This document shows positions 8,122-17,132 of a stretch of DNA of 64,000 nucleotides, piece after piece. The position numbers were made by a program, and so were the translations under genes. Source of the DNA: Thermomicrobiales bacterium (lineage in GTDB: Bacteria > Chloroflexota > Chloroflexia > Thermomicrobiales > UBA6265); contig JAMLHR010000001.1 of NCBI GenBank assembly GCA_023957015.1, forward strand, positions 28,841 through 92,840. The letters run 5' to 3'. The notes under the pieces are model-generated. The model worked only from the letters and a program-made list of their open reading frames with translations, was not told the origin of the DNA and searched no databases. The stretch's first letter is position 1, and every line of letters begins with the position of its first letter.

Positions 8122-9543
8122 TCAATTCTCTCGCACCTCGGCAGCGGCGGTAAGTTCGGCGTTAATCGCGACAATAGCAGCTGACCAACGCCGGGTGCGG
8201 TCAAGCAGGTCAGTCCGCTGCTGGATCATACGCTGATCCACACCTGCCAGCCAGGCGCGCGTGCGATCGGCTTTCGGGGAGCCAAGCACATCACGGCGCT
8301 CGATGTAGCGCCGCGGCGCGATATAGCGTCCCAGCGTCTCCATCTCCACCTTCAACTCCTGGCCAATCACCATCACGGCGGCGGCATCGATCACATCCGG
8401 TGTGATCTGGGATGCCTCCAGACTCTGCTCCTTCAGCCGCGCCACTGCCAGACCGGCGATCCGTTGCGCCGCCGCCGGATTCAACTGCTGATCCTCCATC
8501 AGAAACGCAGCCAGATCAGACGCGGTGGAGTACAGCCGGCCGGCACGATTGGCCAAATAGGCGCGGTTGACGATCAATGCCTCGCGCACGGCACGTGTTG
8601 CCAGGGCAATCGTCTCCTCCGCGTGACCGATGACACCATCGACCGATCGCGCGATGAGGGTCCAGTTCACACCGATCGGACCATAAGGTTGCGATCGCAG
8701 GAGTTCCACGGCACCGTTCGCATAGATACCCGTGTGACGGGCACGGTGTTCCAGTTCCTGCAGCCGTGCGCTCACGGCATGAGCCGCATGGCCAGGTTCC
8801 GGTACGCTCTCCCAACGCTCATCAATGAAGAAGCTGGTGGGATCGGTACGAATCCAGGCGAGCAACTCGCTAACGAACCGACGGATAACAGCGCTCTGGG
8901 CGGCCAGTGCCTCCATAAGTGCAACGATATCCTCCACCGATCCAGCGGCATCAAGCGTGTTTTGGATGGTGCCATCAAAGCCGAGCAATCTGGCGATGTC
9001 ATCGCGATCGGGACCATACACCTCGCCAACCATCAGACCAGCACCGAACGGAGAACGATCAACGCTGTCGATCGCAGTCGACAATCGCAGCCAGACGGTC
9101 TCCAGTCCGCCGATAACGCCACCCAGAAAGTGGCCGAGTGTGGTGGGAGCAGCCACACGATGATCGACGAACGCGCCCATCACGGTCACGGAGTGTGCCT
9201 GAGCCAACTCGGCCAGCGCGCTCCGCAGATTCAGAGCTTCGGTGCCGATATCGACAGCCCGCACTCGCCAGGACATCCGTAACGCCGTGGCGATCGTCTC
9301 CGTACGCGTCCGCCCGAGAGCAGCCGCTCCGGCGATCTCCGCGGGAACCTGCCCCTCAACGCGATCCTCGAAATCGCTCCAATTCTGCACCGCATCACCA
9401 AGCCGACTTGTATCGATTGCCCGAAGGATGGCTGCGCCAGCAGTGATATCGATCACACCCTGTCGCTGCAGATCGAGAATGTGAGCCGCCTGCACAATCG
9501 GCGTAAATTCAGCCGCCGGAGCGTCCGTACTCTGTGTACTCAT
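8122..9543 (-). CDS. argininosuccinate-lyase-fold (fumarate lyase superfamily) protein lacking catalytic signatures
   Basis: Aligns by eye with ArgH along its length (AHILDLQRQGVI, LGRTRTETIATALR vs HTGRSRNDQVATDLR, VMGAFVDHRVAAPTTLGHFL vs MPGYTHLQRAQP, LGFDGTIQNTLDAAGSVED). No GSSxMPxKxN loop is present. ATG 9541-9543 (MSTQSTD) is preferred over 9780. Confidence 0.65.
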   Translation of the reverse strand: MSTQSTDAPAAEFTPIVQAAHILDLQRQGVIDITAGAAILRAIDTSRLGDAVQNWSDFEDRVEGQVPAEIAGAAALGRTRTETIATALRMSWRVRAVDIGTEALNLRSALAELAQAHSVTVMGAFVDHRVAAPTTLGHFLGGVIGGLETVWLRLSTAIDSVDRSPFGAGLMVGEVYGPDRDDIARLLGFDGTIQNTLDAAGSVEDIVALMEALAAQSAVIRRFVSELLAWIRTDPTSFFIDERWESVPEPGHAAHAVSARLQELEHRARHTGIYANGAVELLRSQPYGPIGVNWTLIARSVDGVIGHAEETIALATRAVREALIVNRAYLANRAGRLYSTASDLAAFLMEDQQLNPAAAQRIAGLAVARLKEQSLEASQITPDVIDAAAVMVIGQELKVEMETLGRYIAPRRYIERRDVLGSPKADRTRAWLAGVDQRMIQQRTDLLDRTRRWSAAIVAINAELTAAAEVREN

Positions 9544-9615
9544 GGATATCGCCTGTTCCTCATTACACATGCAAGCTATTAGCAGAGATATCCTTCGCTT
9601 TACGCGCCTACAGAC

Positions 9616-9631
9616 GAGTGAACGTTCACTC
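9616..9631. promoter_or_regulatory. perfect 16-bp palindrome GAGTGAACGTTCACTC, candidate operator
   Basis: Lies in the divergent intergenic region between the ArgH-like gene and the BMP transporter operon. Related copies occur at 32286-32300 and 34623-34648. Confidence 0.45.
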
Positions 9632-9779
9632 TGGAATGCGTTCTCGAAGCTCTGCCAAGGGTTCGCAAGCACGGGTGTGAATTTGGTACTATCAAATCGA
9701 TCTCCCCCACACCTTTGCTGGGGGTCTCGCCGGGTGCCGTTCGCCTGAATGGCACGTGTGTCACAGGAGCAACAATACA

Positions 9780-10841
9780 ATGCTTACGAGTCGCTTGAAC
9801 CGACGTCAGCTCGTCATCGCCGGTGGCGCCGCCGTGGCCGCCACACCTTTGCTCTCCCGCCTGAGCGTTTCCGCGCAGGATAGCATCACCGTCACCATGG
9901 TGACCGATACCGCCGGTATCGGCGACCAGAGCTTCAATGATATGGCCAATGCCGGAGGCCTGCGCGCGCAGGACGAGCTTGGTATCACCTTCAATGTGCT
10001 TGAGAGCCAGACCGCTGCTGACTATGTCCGCAATCTGACTGACGCCGCCGAGAGCAGTGATATGAGCATCGGCGTCGGCTTCCTCCTGACCGATGCCTTG
10101 GCCGAGGTTGCCGCGCAGTACCCAGATGGCAAGTTCGCGCTGATCGACTCCGTCGTCGAGGCGGACAACGTGGTCAACTTCCTCTTCCGCGAGCAGGAAG
10201 GCGCCTTCCTCGCTGGTGCCATCGCCGCGCTGGTAAGCAAGACGGGCCAAATCGGCTTCGTTGGTGGCATCCGCATCCCACCGGTCATGCGCTATGAGGT
10301 CGGTTATGTGGCTGGCGCCAAGAGCGTGAATCCAGATATCCAGATCGCGATTGCCTACGCCGATGACTTCGAGAATCCGGATAAGGGCAAGGAGCTCACG
10401 CTGGCCCAGTACAACAACGGTGCCGATGTGGTTCACGCTGCCGCCGGTCGCACCGGTGTGGGTGCGTTCGATGCCGCACTGGAGAAGGGCGAAGGCTTCT
10501 GGGTGATCGCTGCCGATAAGGATCAGGCCCACCTTGGACCGGATGCCCAGCTGGCTGCGGTCATCAAGGGTATCGACACCGCCGTGTTCGATGGCATCAA
10601 GAGCGCGCAGGATGGCACCTTTGTTGGTGGTATCCACAACCTCGGTATCGCCGACGACGGCATGGGCCTGGGCGCGATCCATGCCAGCATCGGTGCCGAT
10701 GTCACCGACGTGATCGATGCCTACTCCGCCGCGATTGCCGGTGGCGCGATCGTGCCGCCGGTGGACGACGACACCCTGGCCGCGTTCGAGCTCGTCAGCC
10801 CGGATGCGATTCCAGCAGTCGAAGCCACTCCGGCCAGCTAG
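9780..10841 (+). CDS. BMP-family (PnrA/Med-like) ABC transporter substrate-binding protein
   Basis: Twin-arginine-like signal MLTSRLNRRQLVIAGGAAVAATPLL followed by a BMP-type body (DTAGIGDQSFNDMA, GFVGGIRIPPV). It is the first gene of an ABC operon. Confidence 0.8.
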   Translation: MLTSRLNRRQLVIAGGAAVAATPLLSRLSVSAQDSITVTMVTDTAGIGDQSFNDMANAGGLRAQDELGITFNVLESQTAADYVRNLTDAAESSDMSIGVGFLLTDALAEVAAQYPDGKFALIDSVVEADNVVNFLFREQEGAFLAGAIAALVSKTGQIGFVGGIRIPPVMRYEVGYVAGAKSVNPDIQIAIAYADDFENPDKGKELTLAQYNNGADVVHAAAGRTGVGAFDAALEKGEGFWVIAADKDQAHLGPDAQLAAVIKGIDTAVFDGIKSAQDGTFVGGIHNLGIADDGMGLGAIHASIGADVTDVIDAYSAAIAGGAIVPPVDDDTLAAFELVSPDAIPAVEATPAS

Positions 10842-10897
10842 TCGATTCCGATATTTACCTGGGCGCGGGGTATCCCGCGCCCAGCGTGTGTTTGCCC

Positions 10898-12469
10898 ATG
10901 GAAACAACCACCGCAACCACAACACAAGCCTCCGCCAACTCGGGCATCGACTATGCGATTCGCATGCAAGGAATCGTGAAGCGATTCCCGGGTGTAGTCG
11001 CGAATGACGGCATTGATCTCCTCGTTAGACCGGGCGAGATCCATGCCTTGTTGGGCGAAAACGGTGCTGGCAAATCGACACTGATGAACATCCTGTTTGG
11101 CCTCTATACGCCAGACGAGGGTGAGATTGCAGTGAATGGCAAGCCAGTCGACTTCTCGGGACCACGGGATGCAGTGTTGGCCGGACTCGGTATGGTGCAC
11201 CAGCACTTCATGCTGATCCCCCGTTTCACCGTGACCGAGAACATCATCCTGGGCAACGAAGGATCGAAATCGGTCCTCGATCGCACCGCTGCCGCCAAAC
11301 GCGTGCGCGAGATCAGCGAATCCTATGGTCTGCTGATCGATCCCGATGCCAAGGTGGATGATCTCACGGTCGGGCTCCAGCAACGTGTGGAGATCCTGAA
11401 GGCGCTCTATCACGGTAGCCGCATACTCATCCTGGACGAGCCGACTGCGTTGTTAACACCGCAGGAAATCGAGGATCTCTATGGCATCCTCAATCGGCTC
11501 AAGGCCGATGGCACGACCATCGTGTTTATCACTCACAAACTCAAGGAAGTCGCTGCTGTCAGCGACAAGGTCACGGTCATCCGCCGCGGCAAGACGGTCG
11601 GCGAACGAATCACCAGTGACACCACCGGCCAGGAACTGGCCGATCTGATGGTGGGTCGCGGTGTCAGCCTGACGGTCGAACGGACGCCAGCAACACCGGG
11701 TCGCACGATTCTCTCCGCTCGCAATCTGACCGCCACTCCGATTCACGGCCATAAACCACTGACGATCGAACATCTGGAGCTGCGAGCCGGTGAGATTCTG
11801 GGTGTCTGTGGCGTGGAGGGCAACGGTCAGAGCGAACTCGTTGAAGTTCTCTCTGGACTGCGACCAATCACCGGTGGCACATTGACCATCAACGACACCG
11901 ATGTCTCCACCTGTGATCCGAACGGATTCCGGGCGGCGGGTCTCAGCTATATCCCCGAGGATCGGCATCATCGTGGTCTTATTCTGGACTTTCCGCTGTG
12001 GGAGAACGTGTTGCTCGGCAACGCCCAGGAGGGGCCATTTGTGCGTAGCGGTATCGTGCGCGAGCGCACGCTCCAGGCGAGAACGAGTCAGCTCATGCAA
12101 GACTACGACGTCCGCGCACCATCGCCATCGACACCGGCGCGATCGCTTTCCGGTGGCAATCAGCAGAAGCTGATCATCGCGCGTGAGTTGTTCCGCAATC
12201 CCGATGTGTTGCTGGCGATTCAGCCGACGCGTGGTCTGGATGTCGGCGCGATCGAATTCGTCCACAAGGAACTCGTGCGCGTACGCGATGAAGGCAAGGC
12301 GGTCATGCTTCTCAGTTATGACCTAGACGAGGTCATGGACCTCAGCGATCGCATTGTGGTGATGAGCGAATACGGTATCACCGGCGAGTTCAACGCTGGC
12401 GAGGTAACCCGCAACCATCTCGGCTTGCTCATGGGAGGACGTCACAGCGATGACCAGGCTGAAGCTTAG
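10898..12469 (+). CDS. ABC transporter ATP-binding protein with duplicated ATPase domains
   Basis: Walker A GENGAGKSTLMN, Walker B ILILDEPT, and a second-half signature LSGGNQQKLIIAREL. The start could also be GTG 10886. Confidence 0.85.
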   Translation: METTTATTTQASANSGIDYAIRMQGIVKRFPGVVANDGIDLLVRPGEIHALLGENGAGKSTLMNILFGLYTPDEGEIAVNGKPVDFSGPRDAVLAGLGMVHQHFMLIPRFTVTENIILGNEGSKSVLDRTAAAKRVREISESYGLLIDPDAKVDDLTVGLQQRVEILKALYHGSRILILDEPTALLTPQEIEDLYGILNRLKADGTTIVFITHKLKEVAAVSDKVTVIRRGKTVGERITSDTTGQELADLMVGRGVSLTVERTPATPGRTILSARNLTATPIHGHKPLTIEHLELRAGEILGVCGVEGNGQSELVEVLSGLRPITGGTLTINDTDVSTCDPNGFRAAGLSYIPEDRHHRGLILDFPLWENVLLGNAQEGPFVRSGIVRERTLQARTSQLMQDYDVRAPSPSTPARSLSGGNQQKLIIARELFRNPDVLLAIQPTRGLDVGAIEFVHKELVRVRDEGKAVMLLSYDLDEVMDLSDRIVVMSEYGITGEFNAGEVTRNHLGLLMGGRHSDDQAEA

Positions 12470-13532
12470 TTCCTCCACGTTGATCAATATCGGCGGTTCG
12501 ATTATTGCCGTCACTATCGCCCTCCTGTTGGGTGCCGTGGTAATGCGACTCTCCGGTGCCGATCCCTGGGCCGCCTACAAAGCGCTCTGGAACGGTGCCT
12601 TCGTCGGCAAACGCTCGATCGCCGAGACGCTGATCTACTCGGCACCACTCATCCTGGCCGGACTCGGCTTCGCGCTCTCCATGCGCGCCGGTCTCTTCAA
12701 TATCGGTATCGAGGGGCAACTGATTGTTGGCGGCTTTATGGCGGCACTGGTCGGCGCCTGGGATCTGGGATTACCATCGGTGCTCTATGTGCCGCTGGCA
12801 CTCTTTGCTGGTGCGGTGGGTGGCGCTTTTTGGGGGTTTATCCCCGGATATCTCAAAGCCAAAGCCGGCGCCCACGAAGTCATCACCACGATTATGCTCA
12901 ACTATCTGGCGATGCGGCTGATTACCTATCTGGTGCTGCGTCGCGACGATATCCTGCCAGTCGATCCCACGTTTGTGGCCACCAAGAAGGTCGTGCCGGA
13001 GGCACGTCTGCCACTGCTGATGCCACCAACCAGATTGCATCTCGGTATCGTGATTGCGATCGCGGCGGCCATCATCCTCTGGTATATCCTGTTCAAGACC
13101 CGCTTCGGGTTCAATGTCCGCGCAGTTGGACTCAGCCAGGGTGCCTCCGCCTACGGCGGTATCAACTGGGGACGAACGGTGGTGATCGCGATGATCATCG
13201 CGGGCGCGCTCGCTGGTCTGGCTGGTGCCGGTGAGTCGCTGGGTCTGCACGGTCGCCACTGGTCGGCCGCACCCGGGTATGGCTTCACGGCCATCGCCGT
13301 CGGTCTGGTGGGACGCAATCATCCCATCGGCGTGATCTTCTCCGGACTCCTCTTCGGTGCCCTCAATGCCGGTGGACCGGCGATGCAAAGCGCCGATGTC
13401 TCCAAGGAAATCGTGCAACTGATCCAGGGCTTCATCATCCTCGCGATCGCTGCTCTGGAAGTCGTCAACCGATTCCCGGCCATTCGTAGTCGATTCTCGC
13501 GGCGATCCGCCGCCAGCAAAGCAGGAGCCTAG
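12450..13532 (+). CDS. ABC transporter permease
   Basis: Multi-pass hydrophobic protein that overlaps the ATPase stop. Typical of BMP/ribose-type permeases. Confidence 0.8.
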   Translation: MTRLKLSSSTLINIGGSIIAVTIALLLGAVVMRLSGADPWAAYKALWNGAFVGKRSIAETLIYSAPLILAGLGFALSMRAGLFNIGIEGQLIVGGFMAALVGAWDLGLPSVLYVPLALFAGAVGGAFWGFIPGYLKAKAGAHEVITTIMLNYLAMRLITYLVLRRDDILPVDPTFVATKKVVPEARLPLLMPPTRLHLGIVIAIAAAIILWYILFKTRFGFNVRAVGLSQGASAYGGINWGRTVVIAMIIAGALAGLAGAGESLGLHGRHWSAAPGYGFTAIAVGLVGRNHPIGVIFSGLLFGALNAGGPAMQSADVSKEIVQLIQGFIILAIAALEVVNRFPAIRSRFSRRSAASKAGA

Positions 13533-13536
13533 CGCC

Positions 13537-14418
13537 ATGGACCATTTCTTCACGCTAGATCTGCTAACCCGTATTCTACGCATGAGCACGCCACTCATCT
13601 TCGCGGCGCTTGGCGGTCTCATCTGCGAGCGCTCCGGTGTGATCAATATCGCCCTGGAGGGTCTGATGCTCATCGGCGCCTTCTTCGCCGTTGCTGGCAC
13701 GTACTGGACCGGTAGCCCCTGGCTGGGACTCATCATCGGCGTGCTCTGTGCGATGGCAGGAGCGATGATTCACGCCGTCTGGAGTATCTCCATCCGCGGC
13801 GATCAGATCGTGGTTGGTACCGCGGTCAATCTGATCGCCTTAGGATTGACCGCCTTTTTGGTGCAATCGATTTGGGGAACGGCTGGGGGGAGCGATCGCG
13901 TTACCAGTTTGCCGAAGCTCGGCGGGATGAGCATACTGGTGCCAGTAGCATTCGTCTTCGTACCGATCGTGGCGTTTGTGCTCTTCCGCACCAAACAGGG
14001 TCTGCGGCTCCAGGCCTGTGGTGAACACCCGCAGGCATCGGTAAGTGCTGGCATCGACATTACGCGCTATCGCTACTCGGCGGTACTTACCAGCGGTTTG
14101 CTGGCTGGTCTCGGCGGTGCCTATCTCAGCATCGGTAACCTGAACTACTTCACACTGGATATGACCAATGGACGTGGTTTCATTGCGCTGGCGGCGGTGA
14201 TCCTGGGTGGCTGGAATCCGTGGGGGGCACTGGCGGCTGCCCTGCTCTTCGGTGCCGCGGAAGGTATCCAGATCCAGGGACAGAGCACACCCGGCTTCCC
14301 GATCTCCAGCGATCTGTTGGTGACACTACCGTACATCGTGACACTGATCGCGATTACGCTCTTCGTGAAGGCGCGCTCCGGTCCGGCGGGACTCGGCAAG
14401 CACGCGACGACGAGCTAG
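13537..14418 (+). CDS. ABC transporter permease
   Basis: Second hydrophobic permease, starting 5 nt after the previous stop. Confidence 0.8.
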   Translation: MDHFFTLDLLTRILRMSTPLIFAALGGLICERSGVINIALEGLMLIGAFFAVAGTYWTGSPWLGLIIGVLCAMAGAMIHAVWSISIRGDQIVVGTAVNLIALGLTAFLVQSIWGTAGGSDRVTSLPKLGGMSILVPVAFVFVPIVAFVLFRTKQGLRLQACGEHPQASVSAGIDITRYRYSAVLTSGLLAGLGGAYLSIGNLNYFTLDMTNGRGFIALAAVILGGWNPWGALAAALLFGAAEGIQIQGQSTPGFPISSDLLVTLPYIVTLIAITLFVKARSGPAGLGKHATTS

Positions 14419-14432
14419 GAGCGCGCGTTCCC

Positions 14433-15029
14433 ATGCCATTGCAGAACGCCGCTCTCCTCTTCTTCTTTGTCATCAGTCCGCTCGGAGTGGTGCCAGCGAT
14501 GCTGGCGGCCCTCAAGGATGTCGATCCGGTCAGACACAAGCGCATCATCGTGCGCGAGTGTCTGATCGCGCTGGGAATACTGCTCACCTTCATGGCGTTC
14601 GGTCGCGGATTGCTGCGGATGCTGAGCATCTCTATCCCGGCGATGACCGCGGCCGGTGGCGTGATGCTCATGCTGATCGCATTGCGACTGATCTTCCCGA
14701 CCGAGGACAAGAACATGCGTGTGACGGTCGAGCACGAACCATTTGTGGTGCCGATCGCCATTCCCTACATCGCCGGTCCGTCAATTCTCGCAACCGAGCT
14801 ATTGTTGGTAGCACAGGAGCCGGATCGCTGGCCGGTGTGGCTGGGCGCGATCCTGATCGCCTGGACGGCGACGCTGGCGATTCTCTATCTCGGTGCCGAC
14901 CTTCGCCGACTCCTCGGCGACCGTGGTCTGATGGCGATGGAACGACTGATGGGCATGATCCTGGTGCTAATTGCCACCCAGATGCTGCTCAATGGGGTGG
15001 TCGCGACGTTGAAGGACGCGGGATTCTAG
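14433..15029 (+). CDS. MarC-family (UPF0056) integral membrane protein
   Basis: MPLQNAALLFFFVISPLGVVPAML..., later PIAIPYIAGPSILAT; about six hydrophobic segments. ATG 14433 is preferred because the 14220 start overlaps the permease. Confidence 0.65.
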   Translation: MPLQNAALLFFFVISPLGVVPAMLAALKDVDPVRHKRIIVRECLIALGILLTFMAFGRGLLRMLSISIPAMTAAGGVMLMLIALRLIFPTEDKNMRVTVEHEPFVVPIAIPYIAGPSILATELLLVAQEPDRWPVWLGAILIAWTATLAILYLGADLRRLLGDRGLMAMERLMGMILVLIATQMLLNGVVATLKDAGF

Positions 15030-15085
15030 CAATTTTCGGTTCGCGTCACATGGAGAATATGGCGCGAATGGCAGCGTCGATCACC

Positions 15086-15200
15086 GCCGTCAGCGGCAGA
15101 ACCCGGACCCCTGCGGCTCCGATCGAGATCGCAGGGTCACGGTCGCATTCGGTTGGATTTCAACACTCCTGTTGGTTGCGACCGATCGGTCCGGGGCTAC
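15086..15200. repeat. nested GTAG-bounded palindromic intergenic element (copy 2 of 2)
   Basis: Shares GAACCCGGRC...TCACGGTCGC...GCGACCGATCGGYCCGGGKCTAC with 8015-8104. It carries an extra internal hairpin CCCTGCG...CGCAGGG. Its last bases overlap the treZ stop codon. Confidence 0.7.
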
Positions 15201-16999
15201 GGATTCCGCAGGATCAATGCGCTCCGAGCCGGAACAACTCCCGCTTCAGTCGGGATGCCGCTGCCACCGTACTTCGCATCATCGGTCGAGAACAGAACAG
15301 ACCAGTCGCCATGGATCGGCACCGAGGTTTCCGGACCAAAGTTCGCCCGCAGCATCAATTCCTGGCCATTGGCGGATCGAACGACCTGGATCAGTTCCGC
15401 TCCCATCGCCGTAGCCACACAGGTACGACGGTCAGTTGATCTCATCGCCGGCTGACTGCGGCGGAGTTGGATCAGATCGCGATAGAGCCCGTAGATACCG
15501 CCGTGAGTGTCACGCTCCTCCAGGCGCAGTTTCGAGCGCGTGAAGGTCGATTCCGCCTGCGGATCGGGGATGCCATCCCTGGTGGCGGGATCGCTGAAGG
15601 CAGCGAATCCGGAGAACTCGCGACGTCGTCCCTCCGTCACCATCTTGCCAAGTTCCTCCGGCATATCGGTGAAGAAACTAAACGGTGTACTGGCAGCGAA
15701 CTCCTGACCCATAAAGATCAGCGGTGTTTCCGGATCGAAGAGCAGCAGCGCGCTGGCAACCTTGTATCGATCCGAATTGATGAGGTGATGCAGGCGTTCA
15801 CCCAGTGGTCGATTCCCAACCTGATCGTGATTCTGGAGGCAGTGGACGAAGGCATAGGCGGGATCGTCCTCATCCACACCGGAACTCTTACCGATACCAC
15901 CCGTGAATGGACCAAACCCACCGTTGATCGTTGTCGCGATTTCGCTGATCGTGCCAGCGGCATACTGTAGCCACATCTCGCTATCGTTGGTGAGATGAAC
16001 ACGCATCTCGTGATGGAAATCGTCAGCCCAGACGGCATTCATACCGTCGCCGCCACGTTCAACGGACCGGGTGCGGGCGATATCGTGGCGACCATCCTCG
16101 GCAACCAGATACAGCGTCTTGTCGCCAGCAACCTCGCAAGCGCGTTGACCGAGCTCGACCAGAATCGAGATCGGACTGGTATCGAGCAGAGCCTGGGTGG
16201 CATCAAAGCGGAAGCCGTCGATGTGGAACTCGGTTATCCAGTAACAGACATTGTCGATCGCCCATTGGCGCACGTGGTGGGAATGGGCGCCATCCCAGTT
16301 CAGGGCCGGTCCCCAATCGGTCCTATTGGTGGCACTGAGGTAATACGAACTGTAGCGACCGGTGTAGTTTCCTTCCGGTCCGAAGTGGTTGTAGACCACA
16401 TCCAGAATCACCGCGAGTCCGTGCCGATGCGCGATATCGACGAAGCGTCGCATATCATCCGGTCGACCGTAGGAGTTGGCTGGTGCGAAGTGATCGACAC
16501 CATCGTAACCCCAATTGCGATTACCCGGACACTGCGCCACCGGCATGATCTCGAGCACGGTGACACCGAGATCGGCGATCACCGGAAGTTGATCGATCAG
16601 CGCGTCCCAGGTACCTTCCGGTGTGTAGGTGCCGACGTGGAGTTCGTAAACAATGGCATCCTCGGGGCGACAGCCATGCCAGTCCTGATCGGTCCAGACG
16701 AAGGTTGATGGATCGATCACCTCCGACCGCCCGTGGACGCCATCCGGTTGGAAACGACTGTAGACATCAGGCGTTTCTGGTTCATCGCCGGGGAGGAAGG
16801 CGTAGCGCGATCCTGCCGCCGCAAGAGGGCCCGTGACCGACCAAATACCGTCATAGGTCCCGGTCATTTCCAGCGTGCGCTCGCCGTGGTCGTCGGAGAT
16901 GACTACTCGGCAGCGGTCGTGTTCCGGTGCCCAAATGGCGAAGCGGACACCATCATGGGTGATGTTGGCTCCGAGGGTGGGTTGCCAGTGGTTAGTCAT
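15197..16999 (-). CDS. treZ: malto-oligosyltrehalose trehalohydrolase (GH13)
   Basis: N-terminal GANITHDGVRFAIWAP. GH13 catalytic regions GFRFDATQAL, LVAEDGRHD and LQNHDQVGN. Confidence 0.85.
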   Translation of the reverse strand: MTNHWQPTLGANITHDGVRFAIWAPEHDRCRVVISDDHGERTLEMTGTYDGIWSVTGPLAAAGSRYAFLPGDEPETPDVYSRFQPDGVHGRSEVIDPSTFVWTDQDWHGCRPEDAIVYELHVGTYTPEGTWDALIDQLPVIADLGVTVLEIMPVAQCPGNRNWGYDGVDHFAPANSYGRPDDMRRFVDIAHRHGLAVILDVVYNHFGPEGNYTGRYSSYYLSATNRTDWGPALNWDGAHSHHVRQWAIDNVCYWITEFHIDGFRFDATQALLDTSPISILVELGQRACEVAGDKTLYLVAEDGRHDIARTRSVERGGDGMNAVWADDFHHEMRVHLTNDSEMWLQYAAGTISEIATTINGGFGPFTGGIGKSSGVDEDDPAYAFVHCLQNHDQVGNRPLGERLHHLINSDRYKVASALLLFDPETPLIFMGQEFAASTPFSFFTDMPEELGKMVTEGRRREFSGFAAFSDPATRDGIPDPQAESTFTRSKLRLEERDTHGGIYGLYRDLIQLRRSQPAMRSTDRRTCVATAMGAELIQVVRSANGQELMLRANFGPETSVPIHGDWSVLFSTDDAKYGGSGIPTEAGVVPARSALILRNP

Positions 17000-17016
17000 G
17001 AAGTTCGCAAGTCATA

Positions 17017-17060
17017 CGTAGGGGCAAACCCGATCGCAATCGGTGTTTGCCCGAAATGAT
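17017..17060 (+). repeat. REP-like hairpin, family CGTAGGGGC...GCCCGAA (copy 1)
   Basis: CGTAGGGGCAAACCCGATCGCAATCGGTGTTTGCCCGAAATGAT; arms AAAC/GTTT enclose CCGAT..ATCGG. Confidence 0.75.
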
Positions 17061-17066
17061 AGTCCC

Positions 17067-17112
17067 ATCAATCAGGGTCAACACCGGCGAGCGCGCCGGG
17101 TTGACCCCTACG
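17067..17112 (-). repeat. REP-like hairpin, same family (copy 2, inverted)
   Basis: The reverse complement reads CCGTAGGGGTCAACCCGGCGCGCTCGCCGGTGTTGACCCTGATTGAT, with the same architecture as 17017-17060. Confidence 0.7.
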
Positions 17113-17132
17113 GAGACCCCCAACCGTTCCAT

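Noticed and set aside
9616-9631. GAGTGAACGTTCACTC as a LexA/SOS box
   Set aside because: It contains GAAC and GTTC, but they are directly abutted with no 4-nt spacer. The bona fide GAAC-N4-GTTC site at 18750-18763 is structurally different.
9640-9779. Possible riboswitch in the ~75-140-nt leader of the BMP (nucleoside-type) transporter operon
   Set aside because: Hairpins are present (CCCCCA..TGGGGG and GTGCC..GGCAC). I could not align the sequence to purine, 2'-dG, ZTP or preQ1 consensus cores by eye. A covariance-model scan would be needed.
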